Shown: one piece after another, positions 11,301 through 21,962 of the stretch | Layout of the letters: every line of letters begins with the position of its first letter | Numbering within the stretch: the stretch's first letter is position 1 | Assembly: GCA_040285745.1 (NCBI GenBank) | Contig: JAUFOR010000008.1 | Coordinates: forward strand, 1,984,001-2,048,000 | Direction: 5' to 3' | Length of the DNA: 64,000 nt | Origin: Barthelona sp. PCE | Taxonomy: Eukaryota | Notes under the pieces: generated by a model | The model's database searches: none | The model's input: only the letters and a program-made list of their open reading frames with translations | What the model was told of the DNA's origin: nothing | Program-made: the position numbers and the translations under genes

Positions 11301-12057
11301 GTCTCCATTTGAGAAGCGCAAGGCCAAGAAGATCAAAAAAAAGGTGAGGGAGAAGCTTGTTGACCTATCAAAGTACAAATTTCAACAACAGCCCACCGTA
11401 CAGGATCAGACGCCCATGGAAAATGTCAGTACTATCCCTATCACTGTTACACATTCGGCTCACACTAGTCATCAACGTACTGACGTGCTACTACCGCAAC
11501 GCACTGTTCAACCCACATCTCTTTGGCATTTTGGAAGCCAATATGAGCAACAACCGAGCCAACATGCACCCATGTATCAGCAAGATTTCGTATACGACGC
11601 ACCACAGCAACATTTTCAGTTCAACCATATGTTCCACAATAATGCAACCTACAATCATTCGAACTATCAGCAGCATAACCCTCATTCGCAGCCGCATATA
11701 CAACCTCAACCACAAATGAGATTTACATTCCCTGCTGCAACTACACCAGTACGCAGCAAAGTAAGTTTCCCTTCTCAAGTACTTCAAGTCGCGCATCCAG
11801 CTAATTACCAAATGCAGATGCCCCAACACCACCACCACCAATTGGCCCCTATACCTGTTCAATACATGCCCATAAACCACCACCAGTTTGATCACCAGCA
11901 AAATCATCACCAAAGTTTCAATTGCACAACTGACATGTCTCTTGTTGATGACAAGCGTGCTAGATCTCTACTCTCGATAAATCAAGCCCAAATCTCGCAA
12001 AAATCAATGCCAACACATCATCAACAATACCAAAACTCTGCAATTATGACTTTATAA
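8392..12057 (+). CDS. MER3: Meiotic Ski2-like DExH helicase Mer3/HFM1 with Sec63-like region and Q/H-rich tail
   Basis: SPTATGKT, DEIH, SAT, HHGGL, TSTLAVGINMPAHLVIIKGT, QMCGRAGRPQYD; RPVKL..V..F.F...L...V..YS...PTLIFC..RK is typical of Mer3/HFM1. Confidence 0.82.
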   Translation: MNVADATAEYDFLGNQLVSTSCLGAAKKYFNFTYFNSIQSACYNTLLYCNDNMVISSPTATGKTTLFELAIIKNMDQQKSNKTIYISPLKALCYEVYQNWKQKFNGLNVMLLTSDKDKITQTDVQQSDIFITTPEKLDSLTRHETSYSAFKLSDMKLGLVCIDEIHILGDRRGAILEILVTRMKMRRVQPRFIAVSATIPNIQDVGLWLNCSSSNILHFGKEHRPVKLTHVVHSAQMRDEDNIFQFNNFLRYRVPNIVEKYSNGSPTLIFCSVRKETTSLANFLMEKLSRNGLDRPTLNRIASDINDVSLADLVRSGIAFHHGGLNYQTRSVIEDAFRQGKIKVLCATSTLAVGINMPAHLVIIKGTWKYDSHSGQYVPLSYLEIEQMCGRAGRPQYDQSATAVIMTSDRLAPQYERMSLGRQPIESHLLDQSISTFINAEIDNNYIKHVQDALDWISSSYLYVRMQTNPYSLHTINKPEKKVDLIEVVHEALSKLEKIDAIVIDDGTILPTKLSNIISRHKLDVEYVSVAIQKFEKEIVQTTLNVPAAMKSKVSLDAVYSALQLYTESQEFELRFNLRRRQKSILNKLNGGRNKRKKDRNESTIRHPYPGPVTTTSTKIAVLLQAMFDEKLRYVDHDLKQQAIALQRLLSGYYIGLCKTVIYMFQKRRDFTNMNHILALIRATQSINGRIWFDEHAVLLQFDGIGSQKARTLSQSGISTIQQLRDHVTRSLIQKISGFGPSIVNKLGVQLSSVPQLTVDVSASSSCDIIIKVTKERHVPPQLHRSNIQKYTYNGCVVASIGAHVITLQHILLTPRGQSFTVSVPLAAAVKHATMDDKWDSDTVVVDIGVYILEVLGIDVHIQHIQTIEGVEHVSRSTIPRPVLIESDSDFELSPTIPNLKINASGLTFSTDSEDETSVHVEPPKQIHEEKNVKNVPSKKKKVKQYKLTDLPIVKKGSRDYPIHRGPGETSPFEKRKAKKIKKKVREKLVDLSKYKFQQQPTVQDQTPMENVSTIPITVTHSAHTSHQRTDVLLPQRTVQPTSLWHFGSQYEQQPSQHAPMYQQDFVYDAPQQHFQFNHMFHNNATYNHSNYQQHNPHSQPHIQPQPQMRFTFPAATTPVRSKVSFPSQVLQVAHPANYQMQMPQHHHHQLAPIPVQYMPINHHQFDHQQNHHQSFNCTTDMSLVDDKRARSLLSINQAQISQKSMPTHHQQYQNSAIMTL

Positions 12058-12172
12058 TGTATTGAAAGGTGTAACTCCTCAATTAGAAAGCATATCTACG
12101 GAATAAAAGCATTAGAAGAATGAATGTAACACGAAAATAGTTTATCACCTATTCCTCACAAAGCTATCCATT

Positions 12173-14140
12173 ATGAGAGACTTTTCCACCCCACAGCCGC
12201 AACCAGGCACAGATTTCATTTACAACAATACAGGTGCTTTTGTTCCTGAAACTCGTACTACTGTTTTTAAAAGTTTTGCAACAAGCGCAAAATTATGCCC
12301 TGATGCTTTCTTCTGTCGTTATCGTCAGCAACAGTTGAGTGAAGAAGACGGAAGCGTTGAATATTTGCCTATTGAAGCTATGACATATGGCGAGGCTTTA
12401 GATACAGTTAAAAAGCTCGCTCGTTCCATCCACGCTGCAGGCCTAAAGCCTGGTGATCGTATGTGTATCTACGCAGCCAACAGACCCGAATGGCAATTGA
12501 CTGATATGGCATGTCAGCTTCTTGGTATTGTCACCGTTCCTCTGTTCGACAACTTCAGCCTTGATGATGCCAACTACGTCATCACACACTCTGATGCTAT
12601 TGGTATCATTGTTGATCCCAAACGTTGTGTTAACCTCAAGAAAATTGTTGATCAGTTCGATCTTCAACTTGACCACATCTTCCTTATGGATATGTACGTT
12701 GCCGATAAACAATGGTTTTGTGATGAAGTCAATGCTGAGTTCACTGATATTCTTACCAACACCTTCAATGTTCTCGTTGAGGATGGAAGCAAAAATCCCG
12801 AAGTATTACCACATAATTGTGACGTTGAGGACCTTGCCACCATCATTTACACGTCAGGTACCTCTTCTCGCCCCAAGGGAGCTATGCTTTGTCACCGTAA
12901 CGTTATGTCAGGTGCAGCTTCTGTCGCTGAACGTATGCCTGCACCCGAGGATGCCGAGAACTTTATTGAGGAGTCGGTTTGTTCTTTCCTACCCCTTGCT
13001 CACATTTTTGAACGTGCTGTTGAGCAGATGGTGATTTTAATGTGTGGATGTATCTGTTTCTTCTCAGGTACAACAACTATGCTGTCAAAGGATCTGAACG
13101 ACTACGCCCCCACTATCTTCTGCGGTGTTCCTCGTCTCTTCAATAAGCTCTATTCATCCATTGTTGGAGCAATGAACGAGAAGGGTTTCATCTCTCGATT
13201 CCTCTTCAACTGGGGTCTCTCCAGAAAGAAGGCTCGTCTTCAGCAAGGTTTAGATACTCCAACATTCAACAACATTGTTTTCCAAAAAGTCAAGGATAAG
13301 TTCGGCGGTAAGTTTAGATTAGTTGTTTCTGGATCAGCCCCTCTCGACCCAGCTGTTCTGGAGTTCTTCCGCTGTGTTTTCTGCAACTCATGTGTTATTG
13401 AAGGCTATGGAATTACAGAAACGGTTGCCGCTCTCAGTATCATGAAACTCAATGATCGCGGTTACGGTCATGTTGGTACTGCTATTGGTGCCATGGATAT
13501 GAAGCTTGAAGACGGTGAGGTCATTGAGCCTTTTAAGGCTAATCCGAACTGGGAGTACGGTGAAGTTCTCGTTAAGGGTCCCAACATCTTTAAGGGTTAC
13601 TATAAGAATCCTGAAGCCACTGCCAAGGCTGTCAACGAAGACGGGTATTATCACACTGGTGATATCGGTGCATTTGATGAGGATGGAAATCTTCATATTA
13701 TTGATCGTATTTCTTCAATCTTCAAGTCTCCCCAGGGTGAATTTATTTGTCCTGAGTCAGTTGAAAAGGTATTCCTTAACAACGATAAGGTTACTGAGAT
13801 GATTGTTTTCGGAGGAGCTCCCAAGCTGGTTTCGATCGTAATTCCTGCCGAGTATCCTGAGACTGAAGAAGCTGCTGAAGATCTAAAGAATGAGCTTCTC
13901 TCTGATTTTGAGCTTCTTGCTATCGAACATGGTCTCAAAGGTTATGAAAAGGTTGTTGATCTTGTATTTGTCAAGGAATTCTCGATTGAAGATGGTACCC
14001 TTACTCCTTCTATGAAAAAGAAGCGCCCTGCTATCCGTAATTTCTATCGTGAATTGGTTGATGAGATGGTTATGAGTGCCAACCAACGTTTTGGAAACGT
14101 TATTGGTAATGTTAACCCTTGTTTACCATGTGCTAACTAA
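12173..14140 (+). CDS. Long-chain fatty acyl-CoA synthetase
   Basis: IIYTSGTSSRPKGAML, SFLPLAHIFER, EGYGITE, YHTGDIG..IIDR. Confidence 0.93.
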   Translation: MRDFSTPQPQPGTDFIYNNTGAFVPETRTTVFKSFATSAKLCPDAFFCRYRQQQLSEEDGSVEYLPIEAMTYGEALDTVKKLARSIHAAGLKPGDRMCIYAANRPEWQLTDMACQLLGIVTVPLFDNFSLDDANYVITHSDAIGIIVDPKRCVNLKKIVDQFDLQLDHIFLMDMYVADKQWFCDEVNAEFTDILTNTFNVLVEDGSKNPEVLPHNCDVEDLATIIYTSGTSSRPKGAMLCHRNVMSGAASVAERMPAPEDAENFIEESVCSFLPLAHIFERAVEQMVILMCGCICFFSGTTTMLSKDLNDYAPTIFCGVPRLFNKLYSSIVGAMNEKGFISRFLFNWGLSRKKARLQQGLDTPTFNNIVFQKVKDKFGGKFRLVVSGSAPLDPAVLEFFRCVFCNSCVIEGYGITETVAALSIMKLNDRGYGHVGTAIGAMDMKLEDGEVIEPFKANPNWEYGEVLVKGPNIFKGYYKNPEATAKAVNEDGYYHTGDIGAFDEDGNLHIIDRISSIFKSPQGEFICPESVEKVFLNNDKVTEMIVFGGAPKLVSIVIPAEYPETEEAAEDLKNELLSDFELLAIEHGLKGYEKVVDLVFVKEFSIEDGTLTPSMKKKRPAIRNFYRELVDEMVMSANQRFGNVIGNVNPCLPCAN

Positions 14141-14159
14141 TTTACAATTATCCTTCAAA

Positions 14160-15284
14160 TTAACCGTTGATATCACCATCCAATAAAACTCTTCGTCTTC
14201 TCTCTTGATGTAGTTCCGTTAATTGATCAATTATCACGTTACTACGATAATCATTCCAAACTCTCGTTCCATGATAAGCATCGACAATCATTTGACGGGT
14301 TGGTAATCTATTTAAAAACGTAATCATATCATCCTTCAAATCCTTATTAACCAAACTTCTCCATATTGATGGTTGCACAGAATAAATCTCACATTGTGTC
14401 TCACAGATTATAGCTGCGTATTTTTGGCAATTCTTCAACAATGAGTAATCTCCAAAGTACGATCCACGCGTCAAATGTCCAATTTCAAGCGGTACTAACT
14501 GTTCTTCATCGGTGATTACCTTCACAACAGAACATTTACCGGATTCCACTAAAATAAACGGTCCTGGATCTGTATTTTGCTTAAGTATGATTTCACCACT
14601 GTCATACTTTTCGTTTTCTGCTACTCTAACCCATTCAAAGAGCTCATCGATGCGCAGTGTATCAAAAAGTGGAACACTGCAAAATAGACGCATAGCTTTA
14701 CGTAATTCAAGTGGACAGATCAGGGTAGCTATCCTTGTCCGACTTAGATAACCCACTGTTATGGATTCTTCCGTGGAACGCAAACTATTCGGAGAAGGTG
14801 TTGCAGTTATTACATCATGAAATCCAACAATCTGCACATTGGAAACAATCTCATCGTTACATAACATCGATCCCTCAAATAAAATGATACAAGACTGAGG
14901 AATGACACCGGCATGGACAGAAAAATCTGTCTTTTTCAGTTCAACTCCACAACAAATAGCAAGCTGCAATTTCTTGGTCAAGTTTGCGTATATGGGGACA
15001 TTTTTCAATATTTCGTGTATTACACTGATGTGTTTGTCTGTTCTATACAAATATGGCAACTGTAAAATTTCCCTCAGCGGAAGATCATCCTGTAGGATTT
15101 TTGACTGCATTTGAATCCTCCTCTTCATGTTAAACTGCGACCTTGTACGGGTAGTCATGCGAGAAGTCTCTGAAACTTCACGCTTGAGATCTCTACTTAG
15201 AGAGTTCAATAGATTAAGAGACGCTGCTCCAGTAGGCTTGAGCTCATCTATTTTAAGAATTGGGACCCTTTTTTCTTTTGACAT
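14160..15284 (-). CDS. Cyclic-nucleotide-binding domain protein
   Basis: cNMP-domain pattern GEIILKQ..PFILVESGKCSV..L.RGSYFGDYSLL..AAIIC. Confidence 0.75.
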   Translation of the reverse strand: MSKEKRVPILKIDELKPTGAASLNLLNSLSRDLKREVSETSRMTTRTRSQFNMKRRIQMQSKILQDDLPLREILQLPYLYRTDKHISVIHEILKNVPIYANLTKKLQLAICCGVELKKTDFSVHAGVIPQSCIILFEGSMLCNDEIVSNVQIVGFHDVITATPSPNSLRSTEESITVGYLSRTRIATLICPLELRKAMRLFCSVPLFDTLRIDELFEWVRVAENEKYDSGEIILKQNTDPGPFILVESGKCSVVKVITDEEQLVPLEIGHLTRGSYFGDYSLLKNCQKYAAIICETQCEIYSVQPSIWRSLVNKDLKDDMITFLNRLPTRQMIVDAYHGTRVWNDYRSNVIIDQLTELHQERRRRVLLDGDING

Positions 15285-15336
15285 AGCCCTGAAAAAGGTA
15301 TAAATATTTGTAACACCCTTTTCATCAACGACATAA

Positions 15337-16609
15337 ATGCATTTATCGTTCTATGTTGTGTTTATAACGCTTGCATGCGTGGTTACAGGAACAATTGTAA
15401 GGGGAATTGAGCCAAAACACGAAGACTTGTATAGTCAAGATGAATTCCACTGTTTGGATGGATCGGGCTCGTTTTCAAGAAGTGTCATTAACAACGGTTA
15501 CTGCTCATGTAATGATTGTTCAGATGAACCAGGAACAAGTGCAGGAATACAGTTTTTCTGTGAGGAATATCCACTAGGTGGAAGATATATACATTCTATG
15601 TTTGTAGATGATGGCATCTGTGATTGTTGCGATGGAAGCGATGAAGCATTAGGTGTATGCCCGAACACATGTAACGTTGAATTGAGAACCCGATTAAGTG
15701 ACATTCAGGAAAGAATTTCAGATGTTAGAAAGGGATTAATTGCCAAGGAAGATTTGCTGCTGCGAGCACAAGCAATTAAAACAACCAAAGAAAAGGAGTT
15801 ACTGGAGAAGCAAACTCGTAAAGCAATTGCTCAAAAAGCTGTAGAGGCTTTAAATTCTGAAAAAGAAGAGCTTGAGGCAGAAAGAAAACTCGTAACTGAA
15901 GAAGAAGAAGGAAAAGAAGAAGATATTCAACGTGTTCAAGATAGTATGGAATCAACAATGAAAATTCGCAGTGGATTTGGTCGTCATCGGGTGCGTGGAA
16001 AGCGCTCCTTCCTTTCTAAGCTTCTATTTTGGAAAAAACAACCAGATTTACGTATATTTCATTATTCTTTTATATTTGATAAACTAACTTTTAGAAATTG
16101 ATTCAGTTGAAAAGTACGTGAGCAACGAGGAGAGTGAACTGGAAAGAATCAAAAATGAAATTGCTGAGATTACAACTTTCCTCAACATTGATTTTGGTGT
16201 TGAAAATGTATTTATGCCTCTTTATGACACAGAAATTTCTACAACAACACAATACAAATACGTAATTAATCCTTTCCGTGAAGCGTTTCAGAAAGAAAAA
16301 CATAACAACCATGGCTCAACATCCTTGGGAAAGTTTTCTGCTGATCAAAGTGATGCAACCACTTGGTCATTCATAAATGGACAGAAGTGCTGGGGTGGGC
16401 CGGATCGTAGCCTTCGGGTTAGTCTCATATGTGGTACTCATACAGAAATAGTAATGGCTGATGAAGAAAGTATGTGCGTATATGTCATGGACGTAAAAAC
16501 ACCAGCAGTATGCTCAACTGAACAGTTAAGTGAGTTAGAAGCGCAACTTGGATTTTACAGAGAAGCATATGAAAAAAACTTGAACTATGACTACGCTGAA
16601 GATTTGTAA
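15337..16609 (+). CDS. Glucosidase II beta subunit (PRKCSH-like), two exons 15337-16051 and 16095-16609
   Basis: Signal peptide, Cys-rich N-domain (DGICDCCDGSDE), MRH domain (GQKCWGGPDRS..V.LICG), ER-retention-like end AEDL; removing the intron joins the two ORFs in frame (PDLQIDSVEKYVSNE). Confidence 0.9.
16052..16094 (+). other. Spliceosomal intron, 43 nt
   Basis: GTATAT...ACTAAC-TTTT-AG; removal restores the reading frame. Confidence 0.88.
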
Positions 16610-16647
16610 TATAATTTTTCACCGTAGTCATATAGCTAGTATTTTAT

Positions 16648-17766
16648 TTACAATAAATCAACAATAATGTTTCCTTTGCTCGTGATATCAAGCGTACTTT
16701 CACCTAATGGTATGACAGAAGAAGAAACACTTCCTTCTATGGTTGTCATATTACTTGTACCTTCAAAACGATCATTTATATCAGAAATCATATTTTGATT
16801 GGCGGTTGAGTGAATTAAACCCGAAAAATTTGTTGGAAGATATATTCTTGCCAACTTCTTACTGTCTAAATTAATTTTCACGTCACCATATTGCAATAAT
16901 GAAACAAATAGTTCACCACCTTTTTGTTCAAAATCAATTGTTGTATTGACTACTGTTGTTATTGACGAAGATCCTTGACTTTTCACAATAATATTTGAAG
17001 AAAATAAACGTGCTAATTCAACGGAATTCTTTTGATTAATATTTAGATCACAATATTCACAGTTTCTTACCAAAACAACACCTTTACCTGACACAACAGC
17101 TTTGTGCTTCATTGCATCAATACGAATCATATCATCAACTACATAGTTACCAAACAATATGTCACCAGTCACACTCGATACTCCACGTTTAATAAAAAGA
17201 TTTAAAGTAGAAATTCTGCATTCATCAAAGAAAAATACATCCTCTTGATAGAAACTTAACCATTCAAAGGGTAAGAAAGGATTATAATAACCTAACGGTC
17301 GTATCACACTAACATTAACAATTGCATTAAGGAATGTGTTTGGGAGAAAGACGCGCACTGTAACCTGGTCAAAGCCTAAAAAAGACTTTCGTTGCTTGTA
17401 ACTGAATTTACCCTCTTCAATTTTGGGTTTTAAAAATGAACTTAAAAAACTTGTTCTTTCAATTTCTATCCGTGTCCTGGCGGTCATTCTATCAACATTA
17501 AAGTCAACCTCGGCCATATCCAAGTCAAAATCAATTGCAGAAAGATTTTCTATCTCATAATTGTGTGTGTTATTGGAACTAAGTAAAGATATGAACAAAG
17601 GATACAAAAACAAGAATATTATGATGATTGCAATGATGATAATACAACATAAATGCTTGGGCAACCTTTGAACACGCTTTTTATCGTTTTTTTTTGAGAA
17701 AAATAGCCTTGAATTTATGAGGAGTGGGTGCGAGGCAGACTCCCGCGAGAGGCTATGGGAGAACAT
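16648..17766 (-). CDS. Hypothetical type II membrane protein with beta-rich ectodomain
   Basis: 372-aa ORF with a basic N-terminus followed by one hydrophobic helix (CCIIIIAIIIIFLFLYPLF). Confidence 0.6.
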   Translation of the reverse strand: MFSHSLSRESASHPLLINSRLFFSKKNDKKRVQRLPKHLCCIIIIAIIIIFLFLYPLFISLLSSNNTHNYEIENLSAIDFDLDMAEVDFNVDRMTARTRIEIERTSFLSSFLKPKIEEGKFSYKQRKSFLGFDQVTVRVFLPNTFLNAIVNVSVIRPLGYYNPFLPFEWLSFYQEDVFFFDECRISTLNLFIKRGVSSVTGDILFGNYVVDDMIRIDAMKHKAVVSGKGVVLVRNCEYCDLNINQKNSVELARLFSSNIIVKSQGSSSITTVVNTTIDFEQKGGELFVSLLQYGDVKINLDSKKLARIYLPTNFSGLIHSTANQNMISDINDRFEGTSNMTTIEGSVSSSVIPLGESTLDITSKGNIIVDLL

Positions 17767-17863
17767 AACTGTAGAAAGAGATTTAAATGCTACTACACGC
17801 CGTTTTACACATTATTCTCATTTACACATATATTTGGGGTACAACTTACTGTTTTTGTTCAGA

Positions 17864-19009
17864 ATGAGCTTTAGTGTTAAGGTCAAATATAAGGATTTAA
17901 AGGATACTGCCACTATAACTATTGAAAATGATATCCTACAACTGAGCGGTAAAAAAATCAACCTTCAGATTACAAGGGCATCGATCAGCGGCCTGTCCAA
18001 AACTGAGAAGGAGAAGGGTGGTAAGAAGATGGTAAAAATCGTGTTTCAACCTCAAGCAGAGACACTTCGACTAATGGTTCCCACTCATGAAGTAGAAGGG
18101 CTCATGTCGTGGTGCGAATCGAAACCTCAAACCCCTGAAATGATCCCCGAGATAACAAAAATGGAATTGATCGATGATCACCCTATGCTTTTGCAGAATG
18201 TACCAATGTCTTCAGTTCACAGACAAGACAGGATGATAGTGGCAACAGGCAGTGAGAATATTGAGGAAAGCGTACCTAGTTCTATGAATCACATCTATCC
18301 GAATTTGCGTAGCATTTTGGATCATGATAGAGGTTTGCAAAAACTGTTCAGAACACTTGTTTTAAAGGAAAAATTAATCACAGAGGATGATTTTTTCAAT
18401 ATATATTTAAGTTTTACTCATGTATTTGTACCAACAGAACGAGTAGAAAAAGGAGAAAAAGATATTTGTATTGATCAAATTCAACAACATATATTTCAGA
18501 CACCTATATTCTCTGATTATTTACAAAAGGATGTTGAATCGGATATAAATACCTTTGCAATGGACAGATTTACAAAAAAAAGTGTATCGTCTGATCTAAA
18601 TTTTTTACCAGAACTAGTTGAAAAGACAGTATCATCGATGCCAAAAGGAATTAAACTTCATGATTTTGAAAGACTGAGTGCAAAACTTGAACAATGCAAT
18701 CCTATATCGGTAAATGTCTCATCTGATATCGATTACGTTATTCCATTCAGCTCTGTTAATATAACGCAGCTTTCTGTCGGTAAGACATCAGCTTCTGTAA
18801 GGGACTTGGTCAAATCTGTTAAAGTTATACTGCACCACGGCTATTGTCTATTGCATTTAGGCGCTGAAGATGCTATTGTTCTTCTTGTTGAATGTTTAGA
18901 CCGTTACGTCACATTGCTTTCTGAAGAAGTTACACAAAAAAATACTCAATATGAGGTAGCAAATGCTCTTGACATGATTGCTGCTTTTAAACACATTCTC
19001 GATTCATAA
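17864..19009 (+). CDS. TFIIH subunit p62/Tfb1-like
   Basis: N-terminal PH-like segment (VKVKYK..ATITI), BSD-like LQKLFRTLVLKEKLITEDDFF; ATG 17864 preferred because the upstream ORF extension overlaps the opposite gene. Confidence 0.6.
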   Translation: MSFSVKVKYKDLKDTATITIENDILQLSGKKINLQITRASISGLSKTEKEKGGKKMVKIVFQPQAETLRLMVPTHEVEGLMSWCESKPQTPEMIPEITKMELIDDHPMLLQNVPMSSVHRQDRMIVATGSENIEESVPSSMNHIYPNLRSILDHDRGLQKLFRTLVLKEKLITEDDFFNIYLSFTHVFVPTERVEKGEKDICIDQIQQHIFQTPIFSDYLQKDVESDINTFAMDRFTKKSVSSDLNFLPELVEKTVSSMPKGIKLHDFERLSAKLEQCNPISVNVSSDIDYVIPFSSVNITQLSVGKTSASVRDLVKSVKVILHHGYCLLHLGAEDAIVLLVECLDRYVTLLSEEVTQKNTQYEVANALDMIAAFKHILDS

Positions 19010-19024
19010 TTTTTATTTTTCGTA

Positions 19025-21331
19025 TTAGAAGCGGTATGCTCTGGTTCTACCACCCTGCTTTCTCTGGACATTCTTACGTCCATATGTCTTGGTATTAGTC
19101 TCAGTGGCTTGTACCTCAGAAACATCAACAGCAATAGTTGTATGCTTGGTCTTGCTCTTCTTCGTCTTACTAATCTTTGAGCTGCGGAACTTAGTTGATG
19201 TAGCACCATAGAAGTGTACATCGTTGTTAACGGTTCCGTTTCTTGAGAAGTATAACTTCTTACGGCCAAGCAGTTTTGAAACAGCGGGAATAGCCGGAGG
19301 TAATGACTTATCAACGTCAATAAATCTGTATAGATGACCTTGGCTAAGAACGTTAAAACGCTGATCACGGTGATAACGATGCTTCTTACCTTTACGCTTC
19401 TTGTGCTGAACAAGTCTGCTAGAAAGATCCTTAAGCATTCTGAGTTTGGAATAAATGTGCGTGAAAGATCCACAATAAATGTTCTTCATCTGGACATCCT
19501 CGAGAGTCAGATAGTTATCTTTGAGAGTACCGACAATTTCTCTTGACAATAACATACGACGAAGAATACAACGAACGTCTCTTTGAGAAAGAGTAAACAT
19601 TTCGCTTAATTCTTCAACAGAAACGGTGTCGATGAATGAATTCTGAATAAGCATAATACGGAGACCAAGCAAACGAATATCATTCTCAAGTCGCTCAATA
19701 TCAACACTCATTTGTTCCCAAACAGGAAGATTGCTAACATACTCACAGGCCTCTTCAACATTACATTCAAGGAGAGCAATAGCGGTTGCAACAATGCTCT
19801 CTCTGTTGCTATCTGGCTTTGAACGGATGACAGTGGATCTCTTCTGCTGAAGCGTGTTGTCAAAAATATTGGACATGTAGAATTCCGTCTGCTTATCAGG
19901 GTATTTTGAGAAGAGTGGCAGATCAACAAAGACAAGTGAGAGATGGAACATGATATCCAACTGCTCGTATGTAGTCCACAGGAAGAAGGGAATACGTGCT
20001 TTCATCTGTGAGAAGTATAACTCCTTGATGTTGGCGTTCTCATTAACGTCAAGGTACTCAATCTTCTGACCGAGCAACTCGAGCGATCTAGTTCTGGTGT
20101 GGAAAAGACCCTTGAGATGATTGAAGACATCAGTATAACGGCTTTCCTTAAAGGCATTCATGGCAAACTCAATTAGAATATGATTCCAGATGTAGGCGGC
20201 ACGGCACTGGAGAGAGTTCGGAAGACCATCTTGGTTACGGTTAGTAACGCTGAGGTAAAGATAATCACGAACACCACCAAAAGTAATCCACTTCTCAGCA
20301 TCCTTGACAGCCCCCTGTTTCATGAAACGGAGGATTTGATACAGCTTGACCAAATTCTTGATGTCATCATCGGGATTATTTGAAAGAACTGCCTTAACGC
20401 ACTCGTCCATGATTTCGTTGTTATCTAAGTTTCTGTACCAATGATTGTCGATGATAGCATAGTTATACTGGATCATGAACTTGCGCTTATCCTCGGCATC
20501 TTTCAGAACAGAAGTGAGATCCATAAACATACGAACAAGATCGGTGAGCTTGGCAACATATCTGAGTAAACGAATCTGGTGAGAAGGAAGACGCTCTTCA
20601 CAACAACATAACAGAACACCAAAGAATCTGTTGAAACGGACCATGAGGTTAAATACACTTAGCATCTCAAATGTAAGCTTCTCTTCAGCAAGAATAACAT
20701 TCATGTCAGTCATAAACTGAGTTCCGAAAACTTCCTTACATTGTGTGATAAAGCTATACAGAGTATTGTAGAAATACTCAAACAGGTCCAGGTTCTCCAA
20801 TGAAACATTGTTCTCAAGAACCTTCATACACTGAGATAAAAATGACATCTTGGTGTAGAAAACCTTTTCAGGAACTTCAACAACATCCTTAGTGAGTTTT
20901 TCAAAGATAGAAGTGAAGGTAACCTTCTCCTTCTCATCAGTAGTAACCTTCAAACGTAAGAGCTCTTCAATACGTTCAGCAAAGGTAAGCTCCTTAATAA
21001 CTTCTTGAACTTGACGCTTCTCCTTTGTTTTCTTACCCTTTGTGCGCTCACGCTTCTTTTTGGAAGTGTTTTCATCCTGTACAACCTTAAGCCACTGCAA
21101 ACGACGTTTGGCACGCATTCTTTGTTCAGCACCAAAATCTTCATTTGTGAGATCCTCCTCGTCGATTTCATCGATTTCCTCGCCTTCAACTTCTTGATCC
21201 TCATCGTTATCGAAGATATTATCGAGATCTTCAACGTCGATCTCGATATCATCATCTACGTAGTTAAAGAACGTCCAAATGACCCCTGCTCCCCAGGTGA
21301 GTTCCGGAATGCGAATATCCTGAATAGACAT
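19025..21331 (-). CDS. Translation initiation factor eIF3 subunit c (Nip1)-like
   Basis: ELLGQ..RIPFFLW..E.L.....S....DLP and KPDSNRESIVA.A.AL..VW resemble eIF3c; C-terminal PCI-like helix-turn region. Confidence 0.72.
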   Translation of the reverse strand: MSIQDIRIPELTWGAGVIWTFFNYVDDDIEIDVEDLDNIFDNDEDQEVEGEEIDEIDEEDLTNEDFGAEQRMRAKRRLQWLKVVQDENTSKKKRERTKGKKTKEKRQVQEVIKELTFAERIEELLRLKVTTDEKEKVTFTSIFEKLTKDVVEVPEKVFYTKMSFLSQCMKVLENNVSLENLDLFEYFYNTLYSFITQCKEVFGTQFMTDMNVILAEEKLTFEMLSVFNLMVRFNRFFGVLLCCCEERLPSHQIRLLRYVAKLTDLVRMFMDLTSVLKDAEDKRKFMIQYNYAIIDNHWYRNLDNNEIMDECVKAVLSNNPDDDIKNLVKLYQILRFMKQGAVKDAEKWITFGGVRDYLYLSVTNRNQDGLPNSLQCRAAYIWNHILIEFAMNAFKESRYTDVFNHLKGLFHTRTRSLELLGQKIEYLDVNENANIKELYFSQMKARIPFFLWTTYEQLDIMFHLSLVFVDLPLFSKYPDKQTEFYMSNIFDNTLQQKRSTVIRSKPDSNRESIVATAIALLECNVEEACEYVSNLPVWEQMSVDIERLENDIRLLGLRIMLIQNSFIDTVSVEELSEMFTLSQRDVRCILRRMLLSREIVGTLKDNYLTLEDVQMKNIYCGSFTHIYSKLRMLKDLSSRLVQHKKRKGKKHRYHRDQRFNVLSQGHLYRFIDVDKSLPPAIPAVSKLLGRKKLYFSRNGTVNNDVHFYGATSTKFRSSKISKTKKSKTKHTTIAVDVSEVQATETNTKTYGRKNVQRKQGGRTRAYRF

Positions 21332-21962
21332 AGCAAAAAAAGTGACAATTGGTAAAGTAAGCTTTACTGAACTGAAAACTACGATGAATACGCTTAACTT
21401 CTCATATGTATGTGATTACGGGCTATGTAAATGCGAAACTCTCTTTATTTATCGTTTTATACATATACTTAGTACATTCTATCAGACGGGTATTCTTCCT
21501 TTTTTCAATTCAGTTCAATATATCAATTAAGTCCTTAAAGTATGTTTCGAAAATCAAAACTCTTATCACACAGTGAAAGAATTAAAAACAAAACTATCAG
21601 GTTTTTTTAGGGTGAGTCACTGTCTTTTACACAATATACAGCATATAGACTGAGAATTTGGAGTTAAAGAACCATATTATTAAGTTTACAATGATTTTTT
21701 TCTACGTTTCATCATATTACACGGCCATACTATATTTGACACTATATTGTACATTCGTTCCCAATAAATAACTGCTTTATGCTGCTGAATATATGCTGAC
21801 ATTGTCAAAGGAAAAACAGGGTTCATTTTTCAGTCACGATTTATGTTTTGAGGTAAAAATGCCCTGGAAAATCCTCATATTATTATTTATATCATCATTT
21901 ACAAAATGCGCATGCCCAAAATTCCGGAAAAAACACGCTTTACATATTTTACTCGTTTTTAA

